Source of the DNA: Candidatus Uhrbacteria bacterium CG_4_9_14_3_um_filter_41_35
GTDB taxonomy: Bacteria > Patescibacteriota > Patescibacteriia > UBA9934
Reading direction: 5' to 3'
Assembly: GCA_002791275.1 (NCBI GenBank)
Contig: PFWT01000003.1
Location: forward strand, 1-47,590
Length of the DNA stretch: 47,590 bases
The notes beneath the pieces were generated by a model. The model did no database searches. It worked only from the letters and a program-made list of their open reading frames with translations, and was not told the origin of the DNA. Within the stretch, counting starts at the first letter, position 1, and every line of letters starts with the position of its first letter. Positions 1-8,668 of this stretch are shown here, piece after piece. The position numbers and the translations under genes are program-made.

Positions 1-112
1 ATAGGGCTCCTTTTTGCCCAAATTTGACACATTTTCCAAATCCGTGCCTTTTTGAGCTTTTTCCCTTGAGGTGGTGCATTGAGTATAGAATGCGGGCGAT
101 ACTTGTTACTAC

Positions 113-141
113 TTGATTAATTATGCTAATTAGTGTATAGT
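113..141 (+). promoter_or_regulatory. sigma70-type promoter for the tRNA pair
   Basis: TTGATT(113-118)-17 bp-TATAGT(136-141), about 40 nt upstream of tRNA-Arg. Confidence 0.6.
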
Positions 142-181
142 TTTGTCTCACAGGGAGGATTTGAAAAAACCTGTGTCATTT

Positions 182-258
182 GCACTCGTAGCTCAACTGG
201 ATAGAGCAGGAGGGTTCTAACCTCAAGGTTGTAGGTTCAAGTCCTGCCGGGTGCACCA
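182..258 (+). tRNA. tRNA-Arg (TCT)
   Basis: Cloverleaf: acceptor GCACTCG/CGGGTGC, D-arm GCTC/GAGC, anticodon loop GTTCTAA, T-loop TTCAAGT, encoded CCA. Confidence 0.95.
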
Positions 259-259
259 T

Positions 260-335
260 GGCGGCTATGGTGAAACGGTTATCACAGGGGTTTGTGGTAC
301 CTCTATTACGGGTTCGATTCCCGTTAGCCGCCCCA
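260..335 (+). tRNA. tRNA-His (GTG) with encoded G-1
   Basis: G-1 then acceptor GCGGCTA/TAGCCGC, C73 discriminator, anticodon loop TTGTGGT, T-loop TTCGATT, CCA. Confidence 0.95.
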
Positions 336-336
336 T

Positions 337-366
337 AAAAAAATCAGCCTTACGGCTGGTTTTTTT
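337..366. terminator. intrinsic terminator, probably bidirectional
   Basis: A-run, ATCAGCC-TTAC-GGCTGGT, T-run, lying between the tRNAs and the convergent pseudogene. Confidence 0.8.
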
Positions 367-371
367 GTTGT

Positions 372-1375
372 TTAAACTCGACTCAGCATAAAATTAATGT
401 CTTCGTTAGTATTGGTTGTAATAAATTTTATATTTGGATGTTGATTCTGCCAGACTCTTAAGATTTCATCCGCAAAAGCTTGCCCAATTGTATATACGCC
501 AGAAAAATCCAATTCTATTTCTTTAAAATTTTCTAGATTAATTGTTACTCTCTTTGCTTTAGAACGGGAAAGTAGATTTTTGCCGAATTGATATAATTTA
601 CAGTAATTCTAGTTTTGTTAAATTCATAATCATTGTTTTCATCCCCGGTAAAAGAATCAAAGACATTTTTAACTGTTCTTTCTGAAGCTAGTTGAATGGT
701 GAATGTAATACAAGTTCCTTTTATCATTTTTCTAGTCATAATGAAAATATCAGGTAAAAGATTGTTGATAGTTAGTTTTTTTCATAACTATCAATAATGA
801 ATTGATCCGCCATTTTTGAAGTAAAAAAAATTCCTTGACCTGAATGTCGTTCAGGGTCAGTTGTGGTTTTTCCTTTTAAGATCTCCTGAATGGCAGACAT
901 TGTTCCTGGTAAGTGGAATTTTTTCTGCACACTATTAAAAATTCCGATACCCGAGTCGCGAATAACAAAAGTGAGCTAATCGACATTTAATAGTTATATT
1001 TTTTGATTTTGAATGATCTATTGCGTTATTTAGCATTTCTGTAAAACTGTATCGAAGAATTTGATAAACGTTATCCTGAATATCTATAAAAATACCAGTT
1101 TCATGTTCGATCTGTTTTAAGATTAAGTCTTCATAAAGATTCAAATTTTTCAATTTTAAAGTGATGGATCATATAGCTTTTCTCGCTTGCTTATTTGTAC
1201 TAAATACGTAATGAGCTGTGTTGGTTTTACCAAGCAAGACTATTGTTCCATCTTATTGAAGCTCATAAAGTAAGCGTTGAGCACAGGTTCTACTTACACT
1301 AAACTTACCTACCAAATCTTTCGTGGTGACAGATTTTTTTTTGGTTAGTTTTATTATTATTTCTTTTTATAACAT
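372..1375 (-). pseudogene. degraded HTH + HATPase_c-like + DUF4325 (STAS-like) protein
   Basis: Fragments across frames: HTH-like VTTKDLVGKFSVSRTCAQRLL, FTEMLNNAIDHS, RDSGIGIF, KGKTTTDPERHSGQGIFFTSK, LSRSKAKRV, LDFSGVYTIGQAFADEILRVW. In-frame TAA at 1255-1253 and frameshifts near 975, 780 and 597. Confidence 0.85.
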
Positions 1376-1428
1376 AAGTGGTTGACAAGAATAGAACAAT
1401 ACATTGAATAAATCTTGTCAACCACTTA
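1375..1428. promoter_or_regulatory. 16 bp perfect inverted repeat, putative operator/promoter
   Basis: TAAGTGGTTGACAAGA (1375-1390), 22 bp spacer, TCTTGTCAACCACTTA (1413-1428). Each arm contains TTGACA; it abuts the pseudogene ATG. Confidence 0.6.
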
Positions 1429-1431
1429 ACT

Positions 1432-2355
1432 TTACTCACCCTTGTCGTGAAATTTTTTGTGAATACTTTTCAGTTGTTTATCGGTAACGTGAGTGTAAAC
1501 CTGAGTGGTTGTAATTGATTCGTGACCAAGCATTGCCTGCACGGATCGGATATCAGCGCCGTTTCGTAGTAAATCAGTGGCGAAGGTGTGGCGCAAAACG
1601 TGTGGAGTGATTTTTTTGGTGATTCCGGCCGACAGCGCATATTTTTCAACTGCCCGTTGAATTGACCTCGGTGAGAGCGGTGTTACCTCTCCGCGCGCTA
1701 TTTTAGCCCTGTCGTGCCCGACAAACATATAGCTTGAAGTATCCTTTCTGACGCCGAGGTAGGTTTTCAGGGCTTCTTTAGCGTCAGGTGAGATAAAGAC
1801 AACACGGTGCTTACTTCCCTTCCCTTTTATAGTAAATTCGTCGCGCTTTAAATTGACTTGGTCGATTTGGAGATTAGAAAGCTCTGAAACCCGTAACCCG
1901 GTCGAAAAAAGCATTTCGAGAATTGCTTTATCGCGCAGTCCAATCAGTCCACCAAGTTCCAGCGGTGCTTGCCTTAATCTTTGAAATTCATCAGCTTCTA
2001 AAAATTCTATTTGCCGAGTACTTTGTTTTGCGAGCTCGATCTTATTTGCATCCAAACTTTTAATATCCAGTCTGGCTAGATATTTAAGAAATGATCGCAG
2101 AGCGATTAGGTGATAGTTTTGTGTAGTTTTTTTAAGATTTTCCCCCTCGCGACCCTCAAGATCTCGATTTAAATATAAGCGGTATTTGCGCACCATTTCT
2201 TGCGTGATCTTGTCAGTATCCGGATAGTCGGCCCACTCGGCAAACCGTGTTAAATAAAAATCATAATTTCGCGTGGTTTTTTCCGACCGCCCCCGCTCAA
2301 TTTCTAAATACTCCAAAAATAGTTTAATCATTTTTTGAATTTGTGTTTTGTTCAT
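1432..2355 (-). CDS. xerC: XerC/XerD-family tyrosine recombinase
   Basis: Catalytic motifs STGLRVSEL, KGKGSKHR, HVLRHTFATDLL, LGHESITTTQVYTH and an N-terminal SAM-like domain. Start placed at ATG 2355, 6 nt after TATAAT. XerC and XerD cannot be distinguished. Confidence 0.85.
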   Translation of the reverse strand: MNKTQIQKMIKLFLEYLEIERGRSEKTTRNYDFYLTRFAEWADYPDTDKITQEMVRKYRLYLNRDLEGREGENLKKTTQNYHLIALRSFLKYLARLDIKSLDANKIELAKQSTRQIEFLEADEFQRLRQAPLELGGLIGLRDKAILEMLFSTGLRVSELSNLQIDQVNLKRDEFTIKGKGSKHRVVFISPDAKEALKTYLGVRKDTSSYMFVGHDRAKIARGEVTPLSPRSIQRAVEKYALSAGITKKITPHVLRHTFATDLLRNGADIRSVQAMLGHESITTTQVYTHVTDKQLKSIHKKFHDKGE

Positions 2356-2477
2356 AGCTATATTATACGACACTTACGCAATTGATTGAATACTAGTAGA
2401 TTTGGAGATTTTTATAAGCGTTAATTTAGCCATTACTTATTTGATTTTGCGGTTTATTCACCGTACAATGCAGACGT

Positions 2478-5087
2478 ATGACAAAGAAAAAAATATTTGT
2501 AGTTTTGGACGGCAACGCACTTCTCCACCGGGCATGGCACGGCATTCCCCCGCTAACAGCACCAGATGGTCGTATCGTGAATGCGGTGTATGGTTTTGTA
2601 AATGCAGTTGAAACTATGCGCGAACGTTTTCACCCGGACTATATGGCTGTTGCTTGGGATTTACCGGGCAAAACATTCCGTCACGAGGAATTTGAAGCCT
2701 ATAAAGGCACTAGAACGAAAAAAGAACCGGAACTTTATGCGCAGATAGATTATATTAAAGATGTTTTGAAGGTTTACGATATACCTTCACTCACTACAGA
2801 AGGTATGGAGGCTGACGATATTTGTGGAACACTGGCAAAAAAATATGGCCCACAGATTGATGTTAAGGTTCTGATTTTAACGGGTGATATGGACTCACTT
2901 CAGTTAGTTGATCAGGATGTGGAGGTGGTGGCCTTTGTGAAGGGTATGTCAGAAACAAAGACTTACGATGTCACGGCGGTGAAAGAGCGTTACGGTTTGT
3001 TACCTGACCAGCTTATAGATCTAAAAGCACTAATGGGCGACTCTAGCGATAATATTCCAGGCATTGCCGGCGTTGGTAAAAAAACAGCTACAGATCTGTT
3101 AATTGAATTTGGAACAATTGCAAATATACTGAAAGCAGTAGAACAGAATGAAATTCCTGAAAAGTTTGCAAAAAAATTCAGAGGCCAAGAAGAAAATATT
3201 AAGTTAATGCAAAAGCTGGGGACTATAATCCAGGATGTAGACCTACAAAATTTTAACATCGAAGACGCAAAAGTGAACTCTGTACCAGCTGAAGATCTTG
3301 CTAAATTATTTCGAGAATTCGGTTTTAGGCGCTTGCTCGCAAAGTATGAATCGGAAACAAAAAATTTACCTGCGCCAACAAATAAAACTGCTAAAAAAAC
3401 TACTCAGAAAAAAACGGGGGTAAAATTTGTTAGTGCTTTAACCGAACTAAAAAATAACGAAATGGTGTTTGTGTTGAAGGCTGGTCAACCGGATTTATTT
3501 GGTTCGAGTATTAAAGAAATTCTGCTTTATAATGGCGAGAAGACTTATAGAGTCGAGTCACCAAAGGAGTCGGATATAACAATGGTAGTGGACTTTTTAA
3601 ATGCATCTGAGATTGTTATTGGCCACGATATTAAAAACTCGATGCATTTACTGGACCATATTGACAACACTCTGTTTGATGTGATGGTTGGAGCCTATTT
3701 GCTTGCACCTGGTTCGCGAAATTTTGATCTTGAGACAATAGTAGCCGAACAACTTAACCAAACACTAACGGACGCAACTTCATTACTTGATCGGGCGAAG
3801 TTGATTTACAAACTGTATAAACAGCTGTCGGCTGGTTTGAAGACCGAAGGAATTTGGCGATTGTCGGAAGATATTGAGATGCCCTTAATTCCTATTTTGC
3901 ACAAAATGGAAGACGCAGGTATTGAGGTTGATCCAAAAAAATTAAAAGAATTGTCGGCTCAGTTTGGCGTCGAACTCGAGGAGCTGACTCGGAAAATATA
4001 TCAACTCGCAGGTCGTGAATTCAATATAAACTCCCCTGCCCAACTTGCTGAAATATTGTTCGGAGACCTGGCGTTACCGACTGCAAAAATTAAGAAAACA
4101 AAAACTGGTTACTCAACCGCCGCTAGTGAACTCGAAAAGATGTGGGAAGAACATAAAATCATTCCTCTTATTAGTGAATACCGAGAATTTGCAAAATTGA
4201 AGTCCACTTATGTTGACGCGCTGCCATTACTTATCAAAAAAGACGGTCGTATTCACTCAACGTTTAACCAAACAATTGCGGCAACGGGCCGGTTATCAAG
4301 TTCAGATCCAAATTTGCAAAATATTCCAACTAGATCAAAACTGGGAAACGAGATTCGAAAAGCTTTCGTGGCGCCAAAGGGCAAGAAATTAGTGGCAATA
4401 GATTATTCACAGTTTGAACTTCGACTAGCCGCGGTTTTTTCCAAAGATGCTGGGTTTATTAAAGCCTTTCAGGACGGAGCTGATGTTCACGCGCGTACTG
4501 CCGCGGATATTCTCGACAAAGATGAACAAGAAGTTACTAAACAGGAACGAAGTGCGGCTAAGGGAATTAACTTTGGGATTCTCTATGGTATGGGTGTTAA
4601 GAAACTGGCAGCAAGTACCGGACTTTCAAAGGATGAGGCTCGATTGTTTATCGATAAATACTTCGCTGTTCACCCAGGTTTGATCAATTATATTGACCGG
4701 GCAAAAAAACTTGCGCACGAACGTGAGTATGCAGAAACGCTGTTTGGTAGAAAGCGATACTTGCCAGAGATTAACGGTAATATTCATATGTTGGTGGCAG
4801 CTGCGGAACGAATGGCTGTGAATATGCCGATTCAGGGCACGCAGGCGGATCTAGTGAAGATCGCAATGATCGATGTAGCGGATTGGCTTAGTACTTCTGA
4901 GCTTGATATTACAATGTTACTTCAAGTACACGATGAACTAGTCTTCGAAATTGCGGACGCAGACTTAGTACAGGCACTACCAAGACTAAAAGAAATAATG
5001 GAATCAGTATGGAAAAGCGAAATCCCCTTATTAGTAGACACAGAAACAGGAAACAATTGGGGTGAGATGCGAACGAGCATCGAATAA
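2478..5087 (+). CDS. polA: DNA polymerase I
   Basis: 5'-3' exonuclease (LDGNALLHRAWH, GDSSDNIPG) and polymerase motifs ATGRLSSSDPNLQNIP, DYSQFELR, LLQVHDELVFE; the proofreading domain looks degenerate. Confidence 0.97.
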   Translation: MTKKKIFVVLDGNALLHRAWHGIPPLTAPDGRIVNAVYGFVNAVETMRERFHPDYMAVAWDLPGKTFRHEEFEAYKGTRTKKEPELYAQIDYIKDVLKVYDIPSLTTEGMEADDICGTLAKKYGPQIDVKVLILTGDMDSLQLVDQDVEVVAFVKGMSETKTYDVTAVKERYGLLPDQLIDLKALMGDSSDNIPGIAGVGKKTATDLLIEFGTIANILKAVEQNEIPEKFAKKFRGQEENIKLMQKLGTIIQDVDLQNFNIEDAKVNSVPAEDLAKLFREFGFRRLLAKYESETKNLPAPTNKTAKKTTQKKTGVKFVSALTELKNNEMVFVLKAGQPDLFGSSIKEILLYNGEKTYRVESPKESDITMVVDFLNASEIVIGHDIKNSMHLLDHIDNTLFDVMVGAYLLAPGSRNFDLETIVAEQLNQTLTDATSLLDRAKLIYKLYKQLSAGLKTEGIWRLSEDIEMPLIPILHKMEDAGIEVDPKKLKELSAQFGVELEELTRKIYQLAGREFNINSPAQLAEILFGDLALPTAKIKKTKTGYSTAASELEKMWEEHKIIPLISEYREFAKLKSTYVDALPLLIKKDGRIHSTFNQTIAATGRLSSSDPNLQNIPTRSKLGNEIRKAFVAPKGKKLVAIDYSQFELRLAAVFSKDAGFIKAFQDGADVHARTAADILDKDEQEVTKQERSAAKGINFGILYGMGVKKLAASTGLSKDEARLFIDKYFAVHPGLINYIDRAKKLAHEREYAETLFGRKRYLPEINGNIHMLVAAAERMAVNMPIQGTQADLVKIAMIDVADWLSTSELDITMLLQVHDELVFEIADADLVQALPRLKEIMESVWKSEIPLLVDTETGNNWGEMRTSIE

Positions 5088-5181
5088 TAAACAAGAAAAT
5101 TCCATATGGAAGAGATGCGAACGAGCATCGAATAATAAACAAGAAAATTCCATATGGAAGAGATGCGAACGAGCATCGAAT
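5064..5181. repeat. 48 bp tandem repeat (2 full copies + 22 bp) spanning the polA stop
   Basis: GAGATGCGAACGAGCATCGAATAATAAACAAGAAAATTCCATATGGAA at 5064 and 5112, partial at 5160. Confidence 0.95.
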
Positions 5182-5248
5182 TAAGAAATAGAAGGCAAAA
5201 TAATATTCAAATAATCATCAGCTAAGGTTGGCGCATAAATACTGTGAC

Positions 5249-5277
5249 AAAAGTGCCTCTATGGCACTTTTTCTTTT
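5249..5277 (+). terminator. intrinsic terminator after polA
   Basis: AAAAGTGCC-TCTAT-GGCACTTTT followed by a T-rich tract. Confidence 0.65.
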
Positions 5278-5296
5278 GTGGTAAGATGAGGTTAAT

Positions 5297-6268
5297 ATGA
5301 TGATATTTGTTTACGGTAGCAATCAATTTTTAGCATCTGAGAAAATAGCTCAACTTAAAGGTCATTTTGCTCAAAAATTTGATAAAACTGGAATGAATCT
5401 GGTGGAGTTTCCATTACCCGGCACCGAGATCGATCTTGGTTCAGTTATGCAAATCGTCCAAACCCCCCCATTTATAAGCGATAAACGGATGGTGATTATC
5501 AAAAATTTGGTTTCATCTTTGACTAAACCACTTTCAAAACCCTGGGTCGATTTTCTAAAGACCATTCCAGAATCAACTATTGTAGTATTTGAAGATAACG
5601 AAAGTATAAAAAAATTCGAAAAACGGGAAATTTTTTTGCAGTTTCGAAGCAAAGATGGAGTTTTTACGTATCCTTTTTCAGTCCAAACAATTACGGAGGT
5701 TGAAGATTGGGCTAAACAAGAAGTCAGGAGATTGCGTTTAAATATAGACGGTGATTTATTAAGCCAAGTGGTAGCAATGGTTGGGATAGATTTGTTTCAG
5801 CTCTCAAGTGAATTAAGAAAATTGAGGGATTATTCACAAGAATCTTCAGTTACGCGGGAAATGATCTCGGATTTAGTGAAGGCTAATTTCGAGGATCAGA
5901 TGTTTGTATTCATTGATGCGGTTGGGGCTAAAAATAAGAAAAAAACTTTGCAATTATTGACGGAACAACGAGAATCTGGGAGTGCGGATATGCATATATT
6001 TGCCATGCTGGCTCGTCAGATTCGCTTGTTGTTAGGAGCTCGATCTATTTTAGATAACAACCCCAGAGCCACAAAGGTTGAAGTGGCAGAAATTTTGAAA
6101 ATTCATCCTTTTGTAGCTCAGAAAACTTTAGCGCAAGCTAGAAGTTTTGATCTCGTTACACTAAAAGCACTGCATACAATGGTCTATAAATTTGATCGGG
6201 GTATGAAAAACGGTCAGATCCAGATGGATGTAGCCGTAGACCGGTTGGTAATTCAAATGCTTGGATAA
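5297..6268 (+). CDS. holA: DNA polymerase III delta subunit
   Basis: MIFVYGSNQFL start, TPPFISDKRMVII, ELRKL, ARQIRLLL, KIHPFVAQK; holA-rpsT synteny. Confidence 0.92.
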   Translation: MMIFVYGSNQFLASEKIAQLKGHFAQKFDKTGMNLVEFPLPGTEIDLGSVMQIVQTPPFISDKRMVIIKNLVSSLTKPLSKPWVDFLKTIPESTIVVFEDNESIKKFEKREIFLQFRSKDGVFTYPFSVQTITEVEDWAKQEVRRLRLNIDGDLLSQVVAMVGIDLFQLSSELRKLRDYSQESSVTREMISDLVKANFEDQMFVFIDAVGAKNKKKTLQLLTEQRESGSADMHIFAMLARQIRLLLGARSILDNNPRATKVEVAEILKIHPFVAQKTLAQARSFDLVTLKALHTMVYKFDRGMKNGQIQMDVAVDRLVIQMLG

Positions 6269-6270
6269 AT

Positions 6271-6299
6271 AAAAAAGGTACTCGCTCGCGCAAATACCT
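6271..6299 (-). terminator. minus-strand intrinsic terminator with GNRA loop
   Basis: Minus strand AGGUAUUUGC-GCGA-GCGAGUACCU-UUUUU; the two G-U pairs form only on the minus strand. Confidence 0.65.
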
Positions 6300-6465
6300 C
6301 AGACACTCTCTACGTTTTGAATATCGATTCGCGTCTCTAGATTGTTAGCTTGATTTCAAAGGAAGTTCTGTTACTTAACAAGAATTTAGCTATGTTGTCA
6401 ATAATTTTCGTTGAAGCTCTGAGTGAAGCTAGGCGGGTTCGTTATTTTTACTTCAAAGTTTTGCC

Positions 6466-6494
6466 TTGACAAATCCTGCTAACTTTACTACACT
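6466..6494 (+). promoter_or_regulatory. rpsT promoter
   Basis: TTGACA-17 bp-TACACT. Confidence 0.7.
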
Positions 6495-6573
6495 TCCCCT
6501 GTCCACTTGCATGCAGTAGTTAATTAACTACAATCATAGAACGCTCTATTCTAAGCAATAACGACATAATATT

Positions 6574-6843
6574 ATGCCAAATTTAGAGAATGCTAAAAAA
6601 GCACTCAGACAGGCAGATAAACGAGCAGCTCGAAATCAGATTGTGAAGGATGAAATCCACTCACTTCGACGAGCTTTTCGAAAACTTGTAGATGGCGGAA
6701 AACTTGAGGATGCTAAGCAAATGCTCCCACTTCTAGATAAGAAGTTGGATAAAGCAGTTACAAAGAACATCTTTAAGAAAAACAAAATCGCTCGAGTTAA
6801 GTCTCGCCTTGCATTAAAGCTTGGAAAAGCTAATGCTAAGTAA
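6574..6843 (+). CDS. rpsT: 30S ribosomal protein S20
   Basis: MPNLENAKKALRQ...LDKAVTKNIFKKNKIARVKSRL, 89 aa, basic. Confidence 0.96.
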   Translation: MPNLENAKKALRQADKRAARNQIVKDEIHSLRRAFRKLVDGGKLEDAKQMLPLLDKKLDKAVTKNIFKKNKIARVKSRLALKLGKANAK

Positions 6844-6872
6844 AAAAAATAACCCTCAGGGGTTATTTTTTT
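6844..6872. terminator. bidirectional terminator between rpsT and rmuC
   Basis: AAAAAATAACCC-TCAG-GGGTTATTTTTT between convergent genes. Confidence 0.8.
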
Positions 6873-6877
6873 GATGA

Positions 6878-7984
6878 TTAATCAACAACACTTGGCTGGA
6901 TTTTTTCAAGAAGAATTACGTCTTCTGCTGTACTGTTGGTTATTTTATTTACGTCCTTGCTAAGCTTGCGAAGCTCATCAGTTGATTGATTATATTGACT
7001 AATCGCTGTATTTAGATGCTTTCCAAGTTTATCGTAGTGATCCGAGTAGCTACGAAAATGTTTTCCAAGCTCCCCTACTTGTTTTACGATATCACTAGCT
7101 GATTCTTCAAATTTCAGTTCTCGTAAACCGAGTAAAACTGTTTGTAAATACGCATAAAGACTGGTTGGTGAAACTAGCATTACTTTTTTCTGAAAGGCGT
7201 ATTCGACTAAATTATTTGCGTTACTACCGGCACCTATTTCGATATTTAAAAGGTTATAATAAACCCCCTCTGCCGGAATGAACATAAAGGCAAAGTCCAT
7301 TGTACTAAACTCGCGACGAATATATTTACTAGTTTCATCTATTCGTTTCTTTATATCAGCCTTGAACTCTTTTTCTAATTTATCTTTTCGCTCTTTATCG
7401 TGCTCACCGATCATTCGGTTGTAGTTTTCAAGCGAAAATTTTGCATCGATTGGAATAATTTGGTCTCTGACTATTATTACCGCGTCTGCAATTAGTTTTT
7501 GGTTAAGCTTTGCGTCAAAACCAAGTGAATACTGCATTTTGTAATTTCCCGGGGGTAAAACATTACCAAGCAAAGTTTCTAGCCAGTATTCGCCAAGTAC
7601 TCCTCTTTGTTTTGGATTTTTCAAAATATCTTGTAAACCTTGCAACTGTTCAGAAAAGTTTAATACCTGACTATTTGTTTTTTCGAGTTCGGTAAGATGT
7701 TTGGTGACATCTGTGATAATTTTTGCGGTTTCGGAAAATTGTTTTTGCATTGAAAGATTGGAATCGCCAAGACCTTTTGTAACCTGATCATTTACACGAT
7801 CAAGTCTAGTTTGAACTTCTTTTCGATGATCTGAGGAAGAACGGACGATTTCTTCCCGTATTTGTTGGATATTTTGAATAATATTTTGCGACGCCTCATT
7901 TTCACTGCTCCTGCGGTTTTTAAGGAGTAAAATGATTATAAGTACGGCAAGTAAACTGATTAGCAGGGTGTCAAAATCGATCAT
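6878..7984 (-). CDS. rmuC: DNA recombination protein RmuC
   Basis: N-terminal TM segment, coiled coil, NPKQRGVLGE, PIDAKFSLENY, TMDFAFMFIPAEG, VSPTSL. Confidence 0.93.
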   Translation of the reverse strand: MIDFDTLLISLLAVLIIILLLKNRRSSENEASQNIIQNIQQIREEIVRSSSDHRKEVQTRLDRVNDQVTKGLGDSNLSMQKQFSETAKIITDVTKHLTELEKTNSQVLNFSEQLQGLQDILKNPKQRGVLGEYWLETLLGNVLPPGNYKMQYSLGFDAKLNQKLIADAVIIVRDQIIPIDAKFSLENYNRMIGEHDKERKDKLEKEFKADIKKRIDETSKYIRREFSTMDFAFMFIPAEGVYYNLLNIEIGAGSNANNLVEYAFQKKVMLVSPTSLYAYLQTVLLGLRELKFEESASDIVKQVGELGKHFRSYSDHYDKLGKHLNTAISQYNQSTDELRKLSKDVNKITNSTAEDVILLEKIQPSVVD

Positions 7985-8103
7985 AATACAATTATTTTAT
8001 CATAATTTGTCCTAACTATATAGTTAGACTATTCAAGAAATTAAAAATCTGCTACTATTCACCTACCTTCGTAAAGTCAGACATCAGTATTTTGCGACGC
8101 CTA

Positions 8104-8119
8104 TGTTCCGTGTGGAACA
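8104..8119. promoter_or_regulatory. parS-like site 1
   Basis: TGTTCCGTGTGGAACA, 14/16 match to TGTTCCACGTGGAACA. Confidence 0.6.
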
Positions 8120-8127
8120 GCTAGATT

Positions 8128-8204
8128 GGTTCCGTAGCTTAACTGGATAGAGCAGCTCCGTCCTAAGGAGAAGATTACAGGTTCAAGTCCTGTCGGGACC
8201 ACCA
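8128..8204 (+). tRNA. tRNA-Arg (CCT)
   Basis: Acceptor GGTTCCG/CGGGACC, anticodon loop GTCCTAA, T-loop TTCAAGT, CCA. Confidence 0.95.
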
Positions 8205-8244
8205 GAAACACTATTTATACAATTTATAAAATTACCGATCGGTA

Positions 8245-8288
8245 ATAACAAAAACAACCACTAAAAGTGGTTGTTTTTGTTATATTTT
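8245..8288 (+). terminator. terminator after tRNA-Arg
   Basis: 18 bp arms ATAACAAAAACAACCACT / AGTGGTTGTTTTTGTTAT. Confidence 0.7.
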
Positions 8289-8359
8289 GAGTTTGAATAT
8301 ATAGGAATACAAAAAAATACATAATTTGATTATTTCTTCTGCAATTTGTCTGATTTTGA

Positions 8360-8375
8360 TGTTCCACGTGGAACT
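8360..8375. promoter_or_regulatory. parS site 2
   Basis: TGTTCCACGTGGAACT, 15/16 match to the parS palindrome. Confidence 0.8.
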
Positions 8376-8390
8376 TCAGTTGTGTTGGTA

Positions 8391-8406
8391 TGTTCCATAC
8401 GGAACT
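8391..8406. promoter_or_regulatory. parS-like site 3 (degenerate)
   Basis: TGTTCCATACGGAACT; arms conserved, core altered; 15 bp from site 2. Confidence 0.45.
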
Positions 8407-8668
8407 TTGACCTAAATAAGCGATTTTCAGCATATAATCGGTTAAAAAAATGTGATTTACAGAAAATAGAAACTGTAACCAGAACTTCAAGTTCGATTAC
8501 TATGGTTGTTTGTACAACAGTACTGTTGTTCTAATGTTTATAGGTTAAATTCCTTCAAAAATATGTTATTTTTGAAGGAATTTAATAAAATTGGTAAGTT
8601 GGCGTCATATACTCATGAAATACCTATTTTGTAAGTGAAGATTGATACAGAGGCCTAGTTTACTCAAC

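Noticed and set aside
260-2355. Prophage or integrative element at tRNA-His with its integrase
   Set aside because: The recombinase looks like housekeeping Xer, I saw no duplicated tRNA 3' end, and the neighbours are core genes
5064-5181. CRISPR mini-array
   Set aside because: The would-be spacers are identical, the first unit lies inside polA, and there are no cas genes
5228-5256. dif site (TTGGCGCATAA resembles a XerC arm)
   Set aside because: No recognisable XerD arm after the 6 bp spacer
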